From positions 1 through 50,709 of the IMG/VR virus record IMGVR_UViG_3300034100_000034: a stretch of 50,709 bases of DNA. One strand, 5' to 3'. Below are positions 35,960-46,393 of this stretch, piece by piece. The stretch comes from a virus. Taxonomy: Duplodnaviria; Caudoviricetes. The notes under the pieces were generated by a model that saw only the letters and a list, made by a program, of their open reading frames with translations, had not been told where the DNA came from and ran no database searches. Both the position numbers and the translations under genes were made by a program. Position 1 is the first letter of the stretch. Each line of letters begins with the position of its first letter.

Positions 35960-36409
35960 TTAAATCAAAGCAATTTCCACCTCTCGCCGAATTGTAAGCC
36001 CGCGCAAGACAATTCCGCCGACCTTGTTCCACTTGCGCAGCTCGCCCGGCACGTCGGCCCAGCGCCCGGCGTTGATGCGGCGTCGCAAGGTGCTTGCCGC
36101 CAGCCGCCCGGACCCAAGGTTGAACGCGAAGTCGATGATCGCCGCCAGTCGCCCGGCTGGCTCATGCGCCAGCGCGGGGCACAGCCGCAAGACGGCCGGC
36201 AGGTAGACTGCGCTGATATGCCACAGCAGCAAGGCTTCGGCGCGGGCCTTGGAGATCGCCGGATCGCGTAGGGCTACCCTCGTACCGTCTTCGTAGAAAG
36301 TCGCCCCGTAGCCGATTGTAGGAACCCCGGCAGGGCATAAATAGGGGCGCAGGTACAGCCCCTCAAAGCGCCGGCACAGCGCAGCGGCTATTTCGGCCCC
36401 AGTGGTCAT
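35960..36409 (-). CDS. Endolysin (GH24 lysozyme)
   Basis: FEGL...YLCPAGVPTIGYG, FAFNLG, GLTIRR..E. Confidence 0.95.
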   Translation of the reverse strand: MTTGAEIAAALCRRFEGLYLRPYLCPAGVPTIGYGATFYEDGTRVALRDPAISKARAEALLLWHISAVYLPAVLRLCPALAHEPAGRLAAIIDFAFNLGSGRLAASTLRRRINAGRWADVPGELRKWNKVGGIVLRGLTIRREVEIALI

Positions 36410-36918
36410 TTTCCGCGCTTCTGCAAATCACGCGCAGCGATGAAGATGCCGATGGCGCCGCAAGCCACATTGAGGGTGATGTCGCTCAAGACGAATGCCG
36501 ATCCGAAGAGTCTGGCACCCTCCTGGATCGTCAACATCACCACACCCCATGTGGCGATGGCCGGGCGCATGATGGCGTTCCAGCCGTCGATCCAGGCAAC
36601 GCCGACGCGCACGGTGGTAGCCTTGATCGCCTCCAGCCAGCCGCCGGCCTCGATCTGCCCGACTGCGGCCTCACGCTGGGCCTCAATGACCTTGACGCCA
36701 AGATCCGCCTGTAATCGCTGGGCGGCCAGGTTGCGCTCGTGCTGCGCAGCGTCGAGCTTGCCCTGCAACTCCATGCGCTCGATCTCTTGTGCGTGGTCCT
36801 GCTTCTTTGTCCACCATGACGATAGCTCGCCCCAGATCAACCGGAAAGCGCCGCCCCCGAAGAACGCGGCGACGGGACCACCGACGAGCGCCGAAAGAAA
36901 TGTGAGAATTTCAGCCAT
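36406..36918 (-). CDS. Holin-like membrane protein
   Basis: N- and C-terminal TM segments, WNAIMRP, basic C-terminus; directly before endolysin. Confidence 0.6.
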   Translation of the reverse strand: MAEILTFLSALVGGPVAAFFGGGAFRLIWGELSSWWTKKQDHAQEIERMELQGKLDAAQHERNLAAQRLQADLGVKVIEAQREAAVGQIEAGGWLEAIKATTVRVGVAWIDGWNAIMRPAIATWGVVMLTIQEGARLFGSAFVLSDITLNVACGAIGIFIAARDLQKRGK

Positions 36919-36921
36919 GAT

Positions 36922-37284
36922 TCACCTCAGAACAGTATGCGCGAGCGCCGCGCCCATCATTGCCAAGCCGCCGAGCACGCCAGCGACAACCCATCCGCGT
37001 GATTCGACCAGGCCTGGAATCTTCGTCTCGATGGACACGAGGCGTTTGTCCAGTTTCTCTGGTACGGCGATTTGGAGTTGCTTGATTTGCTCGGCATGCA
37101 CCTGCATCGTCTGAGCGCCGTCTGACAACCGCGTATTGATTGCCATCTGCCGCTCTTCGATGCGGACCAGGCTTTGCAGCGCCTCGCCGATCTCATCGAG
37201 CTTCTTTTCCATTCGGAGCGTCGAGCCCTCGAAGCTGCGTGATTGCTGTTCAAGGATGATCAGTCTGTTTTCGAGTTCGGACAT
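36922..37284 (-). CDS. Coiled-coil protein with C-terminal TM (holin/antiholin-like)
   Basis: LVRIEERQ; WVVAGVLGGLAMMG. Confidence 0.6.
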   Translation of the reverse strand: MSELENRLIILEQQSRSFEGSTLRMEKKLDEIGEALQSLVRIEERQMAINTRLSDGAQTMQVHAEQIKQLQIAVPEKLDKRLVSIETKIPGLVESRGWVVAGVLGGLAMMGAALAHTVLR

Positions 37285-37298
37285 GGTTTTGACCCTTG

Positions 37299-37805
37299 TT
37301 ATGTTGGACGTGCGGGGGGTAGGGGAATTGTAGCCATGAATGCGGCGGCGTCCGCCGGAGCAGCTTGCGTGCCGGCCAGCACGGCGGCCAGCGTAGTGCC
37401 GGCGTAAAGCCACACCGCATCACGCCAGGCGATAAGCGCCAGCGCCTCAGCCTTGAAACGCGGAACCGTACTTGCGGCGTAACTTGCCGCCGTGAAGACG
37501 CTGTCGTAGCCCCACGCCTGCGCATGCGCGTCAAGCGCCTGTTGCGTGGCCACCTCGCAGGCACGTTGCAGCGCGCTGGCCAGGGCTTGCGCTGAGGGCG
37601 CCTGCTGCACCCACGCGGCGCTGGCGAAGTCCCAAATCCAATCACCGCGGGTTGGCGGGGCGGGTGCGCGGGCATACTCGGTGCCAGCGGCCACATAGCT
37701 GAGCCACTTGCCGGCCACGTCCACGCCGCTGACCAGATTGGCCTCATTGCTCTCTACCTGCGACACCTCGCCGGTGCCGGCGGTGTGGACGCTGATCAGG
37801 CTCAT
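37299..37805 (-). CDS. Tail fibre assembly / chaperone-like protein
   Basis: WIWDFASAAW; LDAHAQAWGYDS...AASYA...AEALALIAWRDAVW. Confidence 0.6.
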   Translation of the reverse strand: MSLISVHTAGTGEVSQVESNEANLVSGVDVAGKWLSYVAAGTEYARAPAPPTRGDWIWDFASAAWVQQAPSAQALASALQRACEVATQQALDAHAQAWGYDSVFTAASYAASTVPRFKAEALALIAWRDAVWLYAGTTLAAVLAGTQAAPADAAAFMATIPLPPARPT

Positions 37806-37990
37806 GGCTTCTGCGCCGCATTGATTGCCGCGTCGATCTTGTCTTGTAGCGCTTTGTCGGCAGCGGCTCGGTCTTGCTCTGTACACGTTTGCTCGATGGC
37901 GTTGAGCAGCGGGCGCACGGTGCCGGCCGGTTGTTGGTTGAGTGTATGCACGATGGCTTGCACAAGTTCTTGGGTAAGTGTGTAGGTCAT
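37802..37990 (-). CDS. Small tail-region protein
   Basis: AAGGA RBS; 62 aa. Confidence 0.6.
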   Translation of the reverse strand: MTYTLTQELVQAIVHTLNQQPAGTVRPLLNAIEQTCTEQDRAAADKALQDKIDAAINAAQKP

Positions 37991-38002
37991 GATTTTGGTT
38001 CC

Positions 38003-38434
38003 TTATGGTCCTGATACAACAGATGACATCGAGAACGACCCGCTGGTAAGCAATTGCGTGCCTCCAGCGTCCGCATAGATCGAAATCGTCCCGGTGTTTG
38101 AAGACGATCCGACAGTCAAGCGTGACAGTGCAATTTGCCGGTTTGCGCCGAGCGAATATACAGTGCCAGACACAAGGCCGGCATCCCATGCCACACCCGT
38201 GCTCAATGTGAATTTCACGTAATACGACGATCCCGGCGATCCACCCGAAGGGTTGAACCATTTTGCGCTTGTCGGAGAACCGCCTACATTGTAAGAAATT
38301 GTGCCATCCGCGTTGACAGAGATGTACGCTATCGCGTCACCTGGGTCATCAACTGCATCAGATGCGCCAATACTTGGCAGCGGGTTCACAACCCCGCCGC
38401 CCATCGCCGCCAGAACGCCAGTGAAACCGCTCAT
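38003..38434 (-). CDS. Tail-associated protein
   Basis: G/S/T-rich beta protein following the fibre gene. Confidence 0.6.
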   Translation of the reverse strand: MSGFTGVLAAMGGGVVNPLPSIGASDAVDDPGDAIAYISVNADGTISYNVGGSPTSAKWFNPSGGSPGSSYYVKFTLSTGVAWDAGLVSGTVYSLGANRQIALSRLTVGSSSNTGTISIYADAGGTQLLTSGSFSMSSVVSGP

Positions 38435-39705
38435 GTTAGCCCCGTGCCGTTGATGTAAGCGGAAGTGCCGGAGGCGAAAACGACAGACGCGATGCCGTAT
38501 GCCCCGAGCGTTCTGTTGCCGGTCAGCCCAGTGCCGATTTGCCTGAGAGTGGTGACCGTTGCTGTAATCGTGATCGCGCCCGCCGTGGTGTTGATGATGG
38601 TCACCACATCATTGGCAGCCATCGTAGCGTCCGGTACTGTCACGCCCGCCGTAGCGTAGACACACTTGCCGCGATCAGACGCCGCGAATGCCCCGGTGGT
38701 CACGGATGCGGGTGGCAGGCCTTTGTAGCCAAGCTCGTAGGTCCCGTCGGTTGCTCCAGCCTGGACATTTGTCGCAGTCGCCGCGTTGCCAGTTGTGTTC
38801 TGATTCCACGTTGGCACCGTCCCCGTGAGGCCAGAGTAAGCGACATTTGTCGCAGTCGCCGCGTTGCCAGTGAAACCTCCCGTCGCACTCAGCGTCCCGG
38901 TGACGGCTAGGCCGGCTGAGGAGATGGTGGCTACGTCAGCGCCAGAAGCCCCTAGCCTCAAATGGCCGTCATTGCCAGCACCACCTCGGTAAAAATCCAC
39001 ATAGCTATTTCGATTGACACTCCAATTAAGTTCAAGCCCATACATCCTGGTGCTTAAGACGGTACCGTCCCCGGAGGTAGCGCGAAGCGAAAAACCGTTG
39101 CCCGCACCTGTCAGATTAGATTGGATTGAGTTGATGCCCGCCCCACTCGCACTCAGCGTCCCGGTGACGGCTAGGCCGGCGGGGGAGAGGTACATCCGGT
39201 CGGTAAAGGTGATCGTGGTGTTTATGGCGCCGGAGGGGGCTGTCGCCCAAGAGTGACTGCCATCGGTGTTGACGGTGTATAGCCCAGCCTCATCAGTGCT
39301 TTTATACCTCCATACACCTGCTGCGGATTCGTACGCATTGAAGTTGATGAACGCCCGTCCCGCGGAATCCATACCTGTTGCAGTGAACGTGAAATCCAGG
39401 GCTTTTGCCGCAGAGGCCCAAACGGGAGCTGTGCCACCGAGTGAGATTCCACCCGTCGCACTCAAATTCCCAGCGCCATCCATCAACCAGCCGTTGAACT
39501 TGCGATTCGCCCACGCCGTTCCGCTCCACTCCTGGAACGCCGTGGTCGTTGCCTCGAATCGTTTTGCGTAGGTCGGCGGCGTGCCTGTGATCGTCGTCTG
39601 CACGCTGTCGAGCATGAGGGCTTGTGCCGTGATGTTATCGCGCACATACGCGAGCACCGCGCTCTCGGTGTCGGTCGCGATTGGATGCGTGAAATCTATT
39701 GCCAT
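38431..39705 (-). CDS. Tail fibre / receptor-binding protein
   Basis: G/A/T-rich; repeated AGLAVTGTLSA and TGNAATATNV. Confidence 0.8.
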   Translation of the reverse strand: MAIDFTHPIATDTESAVLAYVRDNITAQALMLDSVQTTITGTPPTYAKRFEATTTAFQEWSGTAWANRKFNGWLMDGAGNLSATGGISLGGTAPVWASAAKALDFTFTATGMDSAGRAFINFNAYESAAGVWRYKSTDEAGLYTVNTDGSHSWATAPSGAINTTITFTDRMYLSPAGLAVTGTLSASGAGINSIQSNLTGAGNGFSLRATSGDGTVLSTRMYGLELNWSVNRNSYVDFYRGGAGNDGHLRLGASGADVATISSAGLAVTGTLSATGGFTGNAATATNVAYSGLTGTVPTWNQNTTGNAATATNVQAGATDGTYELGYKGLPPASVTTGAFAASDRGKCVYATAGVTVPDATMAANDVVTIINTTAGAITITATVTTLRQIGTGLTGNRTLGAYGIASVVFASGTSAYINGTGLT

Positions 39706-39706
39706 A

Positions 39707-42700
39707 TCAATTCCCCTTGACGGTCCACGAAAACGGGACACTCGCCACGTTTACGCCGCTGGTGTTGACGAACGCCACCTTGAATGTCGTTGGGTTTGCC
39801 CCGCCCGCATAGACGATCAAAGGTATCAGAGCCGTGGTGCTGTTTGATTGTACAGATGGGCAGTCGGCATACAAGAACGGGTACGAAAACGTGACCGTGG
39901 TCCAGTACGCAGAGACGCCGCTTTCTGTGGTAAGAGATGCACTGGTGGTTGCTGATCCGCCGTCGGTCCTTGTCTTCGTGGCGAGTTTGATGTTCACGCC
40001 GTAGATGGCCAACAGGTTGACGCCCGCAGTGCAAGAGAAATCGTTGTGCCACCTGACGTACCGGAAATTCTGCGGGATCAATTCGCTTGTTGATCCAGCA
40101 GTCAATACCGTCCAAGCGTCGCCGAGGTTGAGCTTCCAACTCATGGTGACGCTCTGCGATACGGACCCCGCAAGAGCAGCGGCATTGACGGTCGAACTCA
40201 CGATCGTGCTCGGGATCGTCGTGCCGTAATCGATCACAATTTCCCCCGACCCTGACGCCAGACCGGGCTGAGCGTAGATCGGATACCCGGCGTCGATCTT
40301 GGCTTGCGGCGTCGCCCAGCCCGCGCCGCTGTAATGCTGCGTGAAAGTCTTCGTGGTGTTGTGCGGGCCGAGGTGGGTTCCAGACGGCAATGCATCAAAA
40401 TTGACCCAGGTGATCGACGACAGCGGGACGTCGTAATTGTTGCGCAAGATGTAGTCTGGCGGTTGGTTCAGCGTGATCTGCAACTGCGCCGGGGTGCTTG
40501 TGTTCCCGGCGGTATCAATCGCCGCACACCAGTACGTGTACACCCCTCCCGCCTGCTCCATCGTGCTGGCGAACGTGCTGTTTCCGTTCGATCCTACAAC
40601 CGTTCCTCCGGCCCACGTCGCGCCCTTGCGCACCTCGTATTTTTCGATGGGTAACTGCCCGGTGCCAATGCTGTTTGCGGTCCAGTAGAGCAGCGCCGTG
40701 TGATCGACCACATCAGCTCGCAGCCCCGTGACTGTGTTCGGATAGTTGACGTTCGACGCCAAGCCGCCGGCGGTTCCGACATTGGTCGCGATGTCAATGC
40801 CGTTTACCCAGTACGTGCGCGCTCCAAAGTAGTCCACCTTGCGCCGCAAGAACGTCGCCTTCGTCGTTCCAACAGACACACCAGCAGCCCAACTCGCGCC
40901 GTAGCGCACGTCGTACCAGTCGATGGCAAACCCGCTCGCCGGCTCGGTCCAGGTGATGATCTCATCAGGCCCGCTCAGAGTCCACGAAACTGATGGGGCG
41001 GATGGTGGTGCAATAGTCACCGTCACGCTGGCCGCGTTGACGCTGTAGTTCTGCTGGGGCTTGTTCGTGTCGATTGCTTTGATGCGCACAACGATCCCGG
41101 TCGTGCTTTGTGCCTTCCAGAAATATTCCGTTGCAGGCTCGGCAACAAACGCTAGAAACGCTGCTGTGGTCCAATCTGACCCACCAGTCCGCAGCTCATA
41201 TCCCAGCAGGTCGATATCTGGCACAGCGGACCAGCGTAGTCTCGTGCCAAGTTTCTCTATTGTCGAGGTGATGCTTGCCACATCGGAGGGCGGTGCTGTT
41301 TTCCCGACCACCGTGTATGTCGTGATCGGCCCGAATGCACTCTCGATAGAGAAGTACACGTTGATCGCCTGAACACGAAAATCGTATTTGTTCGGGGCTA
41401 GGTCCATGATGTAGCGGTATAGCTCGCCGGTGGCTGGCAGCGTCTCCCATGTGGTGGCGCTGTAGAGCTTATATTGCACTACGTACCCAGTGACGCGCAC
41501 GCTGGGATTTTCTGACCACGCGACCTTGACCCTCACCATCGATCCGGCGATGCCTGGCACCTTGACGATGTCCTCGGTGATCGTCGGCGCTCCAGGGGCG
41601 GTGATCGCAAACGGATTTGGCAGATTGCTGCCTGGCGATTCAGTGAGCGTGACGGCATCGGCCAGGTCCCAGATCGACGCGGCGTCTTCTTTCAGCGTGA
41701 GGCTCACCGTGGCCGTTGCTCCGTAGCTCTTGCCGACAATGCGGAACACCTTCGCTGTGTAGCCAAAGAACGCCGTGTTCAGGTACACCCGGTCGCCAAT
41801 GTTTCGGTCCCACGCCTTGGCGCTGAAAACACCTTTCACCGTGATCGAATTGCGGTTGTCTTCAACAAAGATTCGCGCCAAGTTGTGGCATCGTTGAGTC
41901 GTGTCAGTGAAAGGGAACTCCATCGACGCGAACAGGTCCCGACCGTCTGCGGCCAGATAGGTTGCGTTCTGGTACGGCTTGATGTCTGTTGGGACGTAGT
42001 TGTTTTCCGGGCCGATGAACCGGGCCGTTACGCCATTGAAGATGTCCGAGTCAGACAGCCCCGGCGTGACGGAAACCTCCCCAACGATGTCGGATTGCTC
42101 AAGCGTGAACGTCGGCGCAACGTACTTGCCGGCCCACATTTGGAGGGTGGTTTGATTGAGACCACCGGCCATTGCTTGGGTAAGTTGATCGAGCGTTTTC
42201 TCTTGGTCTTTGTCGCTCGATACTGTGCCGTTGCATGTGTACCGCGCTTGCATCGTCCCGCTGATCAACACCAATTCGTCGCATGCATTCGCCGCCGTGA
42301 TCACGTCTGCCGTTGGAATGTCGGCCAGTGGAATTCCGCAGATTGGCGAGCGCAGATAATCGTAGGTGGCCAGCGCCGGGTTTGCGCTCCATACGGTCAG
42401 CCCCGTGCGCGGGTCGAGCAGCTTCTTGCCTTTCACAAGCACTTCCACCGCAGGGATGCCGCCCATGAATTCCTGCCGGTTGAGATTGAGCCGGATGTAG
42501 GTGTACGTGTACCCGCTGAGCTTGCTGGTCGAAAACCACTTGCTCGGAACCTCGGCCATCAGTGTCGCGTCTGCCGGTTCTCCAGGTGTGCCGAGATGCT
42601 TTTTGACGCGCACGAATGCGACGGTCTTGGTCCACTGGTAGCGCGCGAAATAGTGATACCGGCCGTCTTGCGCATCGGTGAGCACCACGGTGTTGCCGGA

Positions 42701-43369
42701 CATGGTGAACGCGACAGGAACTTGCTCCATCGGGTTGCCTTCTCCACCACCAGACACCGGCCGCTCGTAGTAGGCCGAAATCGTTCCAGGGTTGTACGTC
42801 TGAGTCAGCGTTTTGTTCGAGGTGATGACGTCGGTTTGATCCTCTGTGGTGACCTCAACATAGTCGCCGGCGGCTGTCGGGAACCCGTTGGCGTCCAACG
42901 GCCCAAGCGCTTTGCCAGCGATGTATACCTCCTCGATGCTCTGACATTCGTGCGCGGCATGGATGCAGATCAGGTGCTGATATTCGTCTCTCGCTCCGCT
43001 CTGTAGCATCGCCACGATGGCGCTCCCGACGCGCGCCTGACCGTAGACATAGACATGTGGTGCATCGGTCGATATGGCGGTGACGGTGCGATCTTGAAGA
43101 CTTGCGTTGTAGGAGTCGATCTGGCGCTGACGCGCATCGTCTGCTTGGCGCTTGAGCTGATCCGACTTATAGGCACCGTAGGCCATGAGACCGATGTTGA
43201 TGGCTATAGCTGTTCCGGTTAAGACTCCAGCACCAACGCCAGCAAAAACCATGCCGACAGGCCCGAGAGCGACAAATACCGCAGCGACGAACAGCACCTC
43301 TCCCAACCCCAAAGCCCAGGCGCTGGACGGGATCAAAAGCAAGAGCAGAACCAGAACGGCTTTCATCAT
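39707..43369 (-). CDS. Tail tip / central fibre (lambda J-like) with FN3 repeats
   Basis: ~1220 aa, YVYGQARVG, VKGKKLLDPRTG, WSANPAL..YDYL, YDFRVQAIN. Confidence 0.88.
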   Translation of the reverse strand: MMKAVLVLLLLLIPSSAWALGLGEVLFVAAVFVALGPVGMVFAGVGAGVLTGTAIAINIGLMAYGAYKSDQLKRQADDARQRQIDSYNASLQDRTVTAISTDAPHVYVYGQARVGSAIVAMLQSGARDEYQHLICIHAAHECQSIEEVYIAGKALGPLDANGFPTAAGDYVEVTTEDQTDVITSNKTLTQTYNPGTISAYYERPVSGGGEGNPMEQVPVAFTMSGNTVVLTDAQDGRYHYFARYQWTKTVAFVRVKKHLGTPGEPADATLMAEVPSKWFSTSKLSGYTYTYIRLNLNRQEFMGGIPAVEVLVKGKKLLDPRTGLTVWSANPALATYDYLRSPICGIPLADIPTADVITAANACDELVLISGTMQARYTCNGTVSSDKDQEKTLDQLTQAMAGGLNQTTLQMWAGKYVAPTFTLEQSDIVGEVSVTPGLSDSDIFNGVTARFIGPENNYVPTDIKPYQNATYLAADGRDLFASMEFPFTDTTQRCHNLARIFVEDNRNSITVKGVFSAKAWDRNIGDRVYLNTAFFGYTAKVFRIVGKSYGATATVSLTLKEDAASIWDLADAVTLTESPGSNLPNPFAITAPGAPTITEDIVKVPGIAGSMVRVKVAWSENPSVRVTGYVVQYKLYSATTWETLPATGELYRYIMDLAPNKYDFRVQAINVYFSIESAFGPITTYTVVGKTAPPSDVASITSTIEKLGTRLRWSAVPDIDLLGYELRTGGSDWTTAAFLAFVAEPATEYFWKAQSTTGIVVRIKAIDTNKPQQNYSVNAASVTVTIAPPSAPSVSWTLSGPDEIITWTEPASGFAIDWYDVRYGASWAAGVSVGTTKATFLRRKVDYFGARTYWVNGIDIATNVGTAGGLASNVNYPNTVTGLRADVVDHTALLYWTANSIGTGQLPIEKYEVRKGATWAGGTVVGSNGNSTFASTMEQAGGVYTYWCAAIDTAGNTSTPAQLQITLNQPPDYILRNNYDVPLSSITWVNFDALPSGTHLGPHNTTKTFTQHYSGAGWATPQAKIDAGYPIYAQPGLASGSGEIVIDYGTTIPSTIVSSTVNAAALAGSVSQSVTMSWKLNLGDAWTVLTAGSTSELIPQNFRYVRWHNDFSCTAGVNLLAIYGVNIKLATKTRTDGGSATTSASLTTESGVSAYWTTVTFSYPFLYADCPSVQSNSTTALIPLIVYAGGANPTTFKVAFVNTSGVNVASVPFSWTVKGN

Positions 43370-43947
43370 CGGGCCTGAAATTTTTTGCTCAGCCACCGCT
43401 GAGGCTTTCCGATCAAATCCACAAGATAGTCAAACCCGGTTTCGAGCGGATATGTGCGCTTGTGCTGCTCTGCGTTGACCCTCAACACCGGGCGGCGCTT
43501 GAGCGCGTAGGCCCTGGACTCGCACTTCAGAACAATCGTCCCGCCCCCGTCAGCCGCGACGTTCACCGCGTTCGTGTCCATGATCCCGGCCCAGCACAAG
43601 ACCGGGGTTCCGACCAACATGAAAGATTCGTCGAGCGGGCAGATGTACATCTTCATCACGCGGCCGCGGTACTCAGTAACGGGGCCAACAGCAAGCGCAA
43701 GCCAGGCCGGCTGCGCGGCGGCAATGATCAGGTCGATGGAGCTTGGTACACCACCAGCATCTTGCGACACGTTGCCGAAGCTGAGCACCTGCCCAAGCCC
43801 GGACCAATCGAAGCCGCCCCAGGTGAACTTCTGGTTCGACGAATTGATGCGCTGCGTTCCTGTTGAGAGTTGCAACTCGAAGAAGAACACAACCCGAGTG
43901 ACGGGCTTTTCGAACTCGGCTTGTTGTGGCGATGTGAGGGAGGTCAT
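43366..43947 (-). CDS. Tail hub / minor tail protein (L-like)
   Basis: TWGGFDWSGLG, CWAGIMD, EQHKRTYPLETGFDY. Confidence 0.75.
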   Translation of the reverse strand: MTSLTSPQQAEFEKPVTRVVFFFELQLSTGTQRINSSNQKFTWGGFDWSGLGQVLSFGNVSQDAGGVPSSIDLIIAAAQPAWLALAVGPVTEYRGRVMKMYICPLDESFMLVGTPVLCWAGIMDTNAVNVAADGGGTIVLKCESRAYALKRRPVLRVNAEQHKRTYPLETGFDYLVDLIGKPQRWLSKKFQAR

Positions 43948-44558
43948 GGCCGCCAGTCTTCAATGAAAGACATTCCGAATCCGCTCACGATCATCGCTGA
44001 GTAGTCCCATGACACGCCGCTTGACGTGCGGCGAAACAGGGCCTTCGGCTTGTCCCAAGTGACAATCGCGCCCCCGGTGAATGCGTTGCGCAAGGACGGT
44101 TTGACAGAGGCTGTGATCACGCCGGACCCGTTCGCCGTTGCATCGGCCGTGACCATCACTACCTGCTGCGTCAGTCCAGACCCAAGGCCCAGTAGGTCGC
44201 CTTGCTTGAGAGTCGTCGAGGCCTGCCCAGCGCCGCCGGTGATCACAAGTGATGATGCCCCCTGCGCGGCAGAGCTGCTGAGCGTGAGCGTCCCGCGCAT
44301 CGTGCCAATCGGGGCCGGGCGCATCTTGTCCCACAGTTCGAATTGATTGACCTGACCGTCCAACAGCATCGCTGTCGCCTTCCACTCGCTCGCCTGCTGG
44401 TCGTTCATCGGGCCGACAGCGATATCGACAACCCACAGAGGAGCAGCTACCTCTGTTGTCTGAGCGCCGAATATCGACCGGCTCGACACATCATTGCGCT
44501 GCTGCCCCCATGACATGGAGGTGATCTTCAGCGTGTCGGTGAGGGTGATGACTGACAT
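43944..44558 (-). CDS. Distal tail protein
   Basis: Follows TMP; LDGQVNQFELWD..RPAP. Confidence 0.7.
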   Translation of the reverse strand: MSVITLTDTLKITSMSWGQQRNDVSSRSIFGAQTTEVAAPLWVVDIAVGPMNDQQASEWKATAMLLDGQVNQFELWDKMRPAPIGTMRGTLTLSSSAAQGASSLVITGGAGQASTTLKQGDLLGLGSGLTQQVVMVTADATANGSGVITASVKPSLRNAFTGGAIVTWDKPKALFRRTSSGVSWDYSAMIVSGFGMSFIEDWRP

Positions 44559-46393
44559 CAGATTTTCCTCTGCCGACTGAGTTGATTCACAAGCTGCGCG
44601 TTTCCGTTTTGAACGGCCTGACTAATGATCTTCATCACGTCGCCGCGATCCGTGCGGCTGTCCACGTTGATGGTCGGCGAATAGTTGACCACCAGCCCGC
44701 CGACAGATTGGCCTTTTGCGTGGTCTGTCACAGTCTCTTGCGGGTGCATCATGGCGACGAAGCCACCTTTGCCGTCAAGGCCGCCAGAGCGAGAGCCTGA
44801 GCCGGTGTAGCCGCCGCCATCGAAGTTCATGCCGAGGTCTTGATTCCCGAATGCAGCACCTGAGCCAAATCCACCGCCACCACCACCAGCAGGCGCAGAG
44901 CTGCCACCAAGGCCAGACAAGAAATTCCCAAGCCCACCGGCCCCGTTGACCTGCGCCTCGATGTTGACGATCCACTTTTTCACAGTCATCTGATACAGTA
45001 TTTCGATCAGCACGTTTTCCACCGTGTCGGCGAGTTTCTTGAAGACGTTGTCGCCGCCTTTGTAGATGTTGACGAAGGTGTCGTGGGCTGTTTTCTCGAC
45101 AGCCACCCATACCCCATGCTGGGCCTTCTTGGCCTCTTCTGCACTCCTGATCTGCGCTTTTGCGATGGCCGTCTGCGCTTCGTCCTGCGCGCGGATTTCT
45201 TCTTCCAGCCCAGCGAGGAACCCCCTGCGATCTTCAAGGCGGAGTTTTTCCAGATGAGCGAACCAATCGTCCCTCATTTTGTTCTTCGCGGCCTGCTCAT
45301 CCTCTGCCGCCTTGAGGTTGAATTCCGCTGCTTCGACTATTCCTTTGCTGTCTTCCTTGCGCAGCTTCTCCAGGTCCTTTGCTGCCTGTTCGTCTAGCTT
45401 CTTTTTCTTCTCAGCGGCATCCTTGTCGGCCATGTACTTTGCATCAGCAGCTTGCTGTGCTTGTTGTCTCTCCATGCCAAGCGACGCGACGCGTTTCTGC
45501 ATGCGCTCGGCTTCTGGATCAACCTCGCCGACGGCGCCTGATTTGACGCCAGCCGTTGTGTACCCGACAGTGAAAAAAGCCAATCTATCGAGCCAGTCGC
45601 CAGACTCGATCACGGTCTTCATGTCCTGCAAATAGCTGGACAAGGACGAATAGAAAGCGAGCGTCGGTTTCTGTACGGCGTCACTCTTTCCGATTGACTC
45701 GTAAAGCTCATCCCACGCCTTCGACAGATCGCTTGTGGCCTTGGTGAGGCCCGTATTCATTGCCTCTGCTGTGCCGCCGAGCTGTCCTTGCAATTCGCCA
45801 AGGATGATCTCTTGCGCCTTCGCAAGCTGATTCGTCTCCACGAAATTCTTGATCTGGTCCTTTTGCACTTCGCTGAATTGCACGCCAGCGCGCGACAGGG
45901 CTGTGATTCCGCGCACAGGATCATTCAGCGCCTTGCCGACCTGCAAAGATGCGCTGGTGAGGTCGCTGCCAAGCATTGCCGACATATCAGCCGCCAGCTT
46001 GATCCCTCGTTCGAAAGTCTCGCCCTGCACGTTGCGGAAAGTCAGTAGAACGGAGGAGGCATTGCGGATGGATTCGTCGTCGAACTTCGTGGACTTGGCC
46101 ATTGAATCGGCCATGTCGTCGAGTTGTGTTTTTGTCAGGCCGGCAGCGTAGCCCGTGGCGTTGAGCGCAGCGGTGAGTTTGGCGCTGGCCTGTTCGGCTT
46201 CCATGGCTGCATTCACGGATTGCCGCCACGTAGCAATCACGGCTGCACCGATCATCGCGCCGTAGGCTTTCCCAAGCAACGACGTTGCCTTTTCAGCCTT
46301 GCCCCCGGCCTCTGTCAGATCATCAAGCGCCGACTTGCCGTCCTTGACCTGACGGGAGTCAACGCCTAGGACTAGATTCGCCACGTCGATCAT
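44558..46393 (-). CDS. Tape measure protein
   Basis: 611 aa helical; QVGKALNDPVRG; FDGGGYTG...GGLDGKGGFVAMMHPQETV. Confidence 0.92.
   Translation of the reverse strand: MIDVANLVLGVDSRQVKDGKSALDDLTEAGGKAEKATSLLGKAYGAMIGAAVIATWRQSVNAAMEAEQASAKLTAALNATGYAAGLTKTQLDDMADSMAKSTKFDDESIRNASSVLLTFRNVQGETFERGIKLAADMSAMLGSDLTSASLQVGKALNDPVRGITALSRAGVQFSEVQKDQIKNFVETNQLAKAQEIILGELQGQLGGTAEAMNTGLTKATSDLSKAWDELYESIGKSDAVQKPTLAFYSSLSSYLQDMKTVIESGDWLDRLAFFTVGYTTAGVKSGAVGEVDPEAERMQKRVASLGMERQQAQQAADAKYMADKDAAEKKKKLDEQAAKDLEKLRKEDSKGIVEAAEFNLKAAEDEQAAKNKMRDDWFAHLEKLRLEDRRGFLAGLEEEIRAQDEAQTAIAKAQIRSAEEAKKAQHGVWVAVEKTAHDTFVNIYKGGDNVFKKLADTVENVLIEILYQMTVKKWIVNIEAQVNGAGGLGNFLSGLGGSSAPAGGGGGGFGSGAAFGNQDLGMNFDGGGYTGSGSRSGGLDGKGGFVAMMHPQETVTDHAKGQSVGGLVVNYSPTINVDSRTDRGDVMKIISQAVQNGNAQLVNQLSRQRKI

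Noticed and set aside
38431-39705. Invertible tail-fibre switch
   Set aside because: Repeats are direct, and no invertase or antisense fibre cassette is seen.
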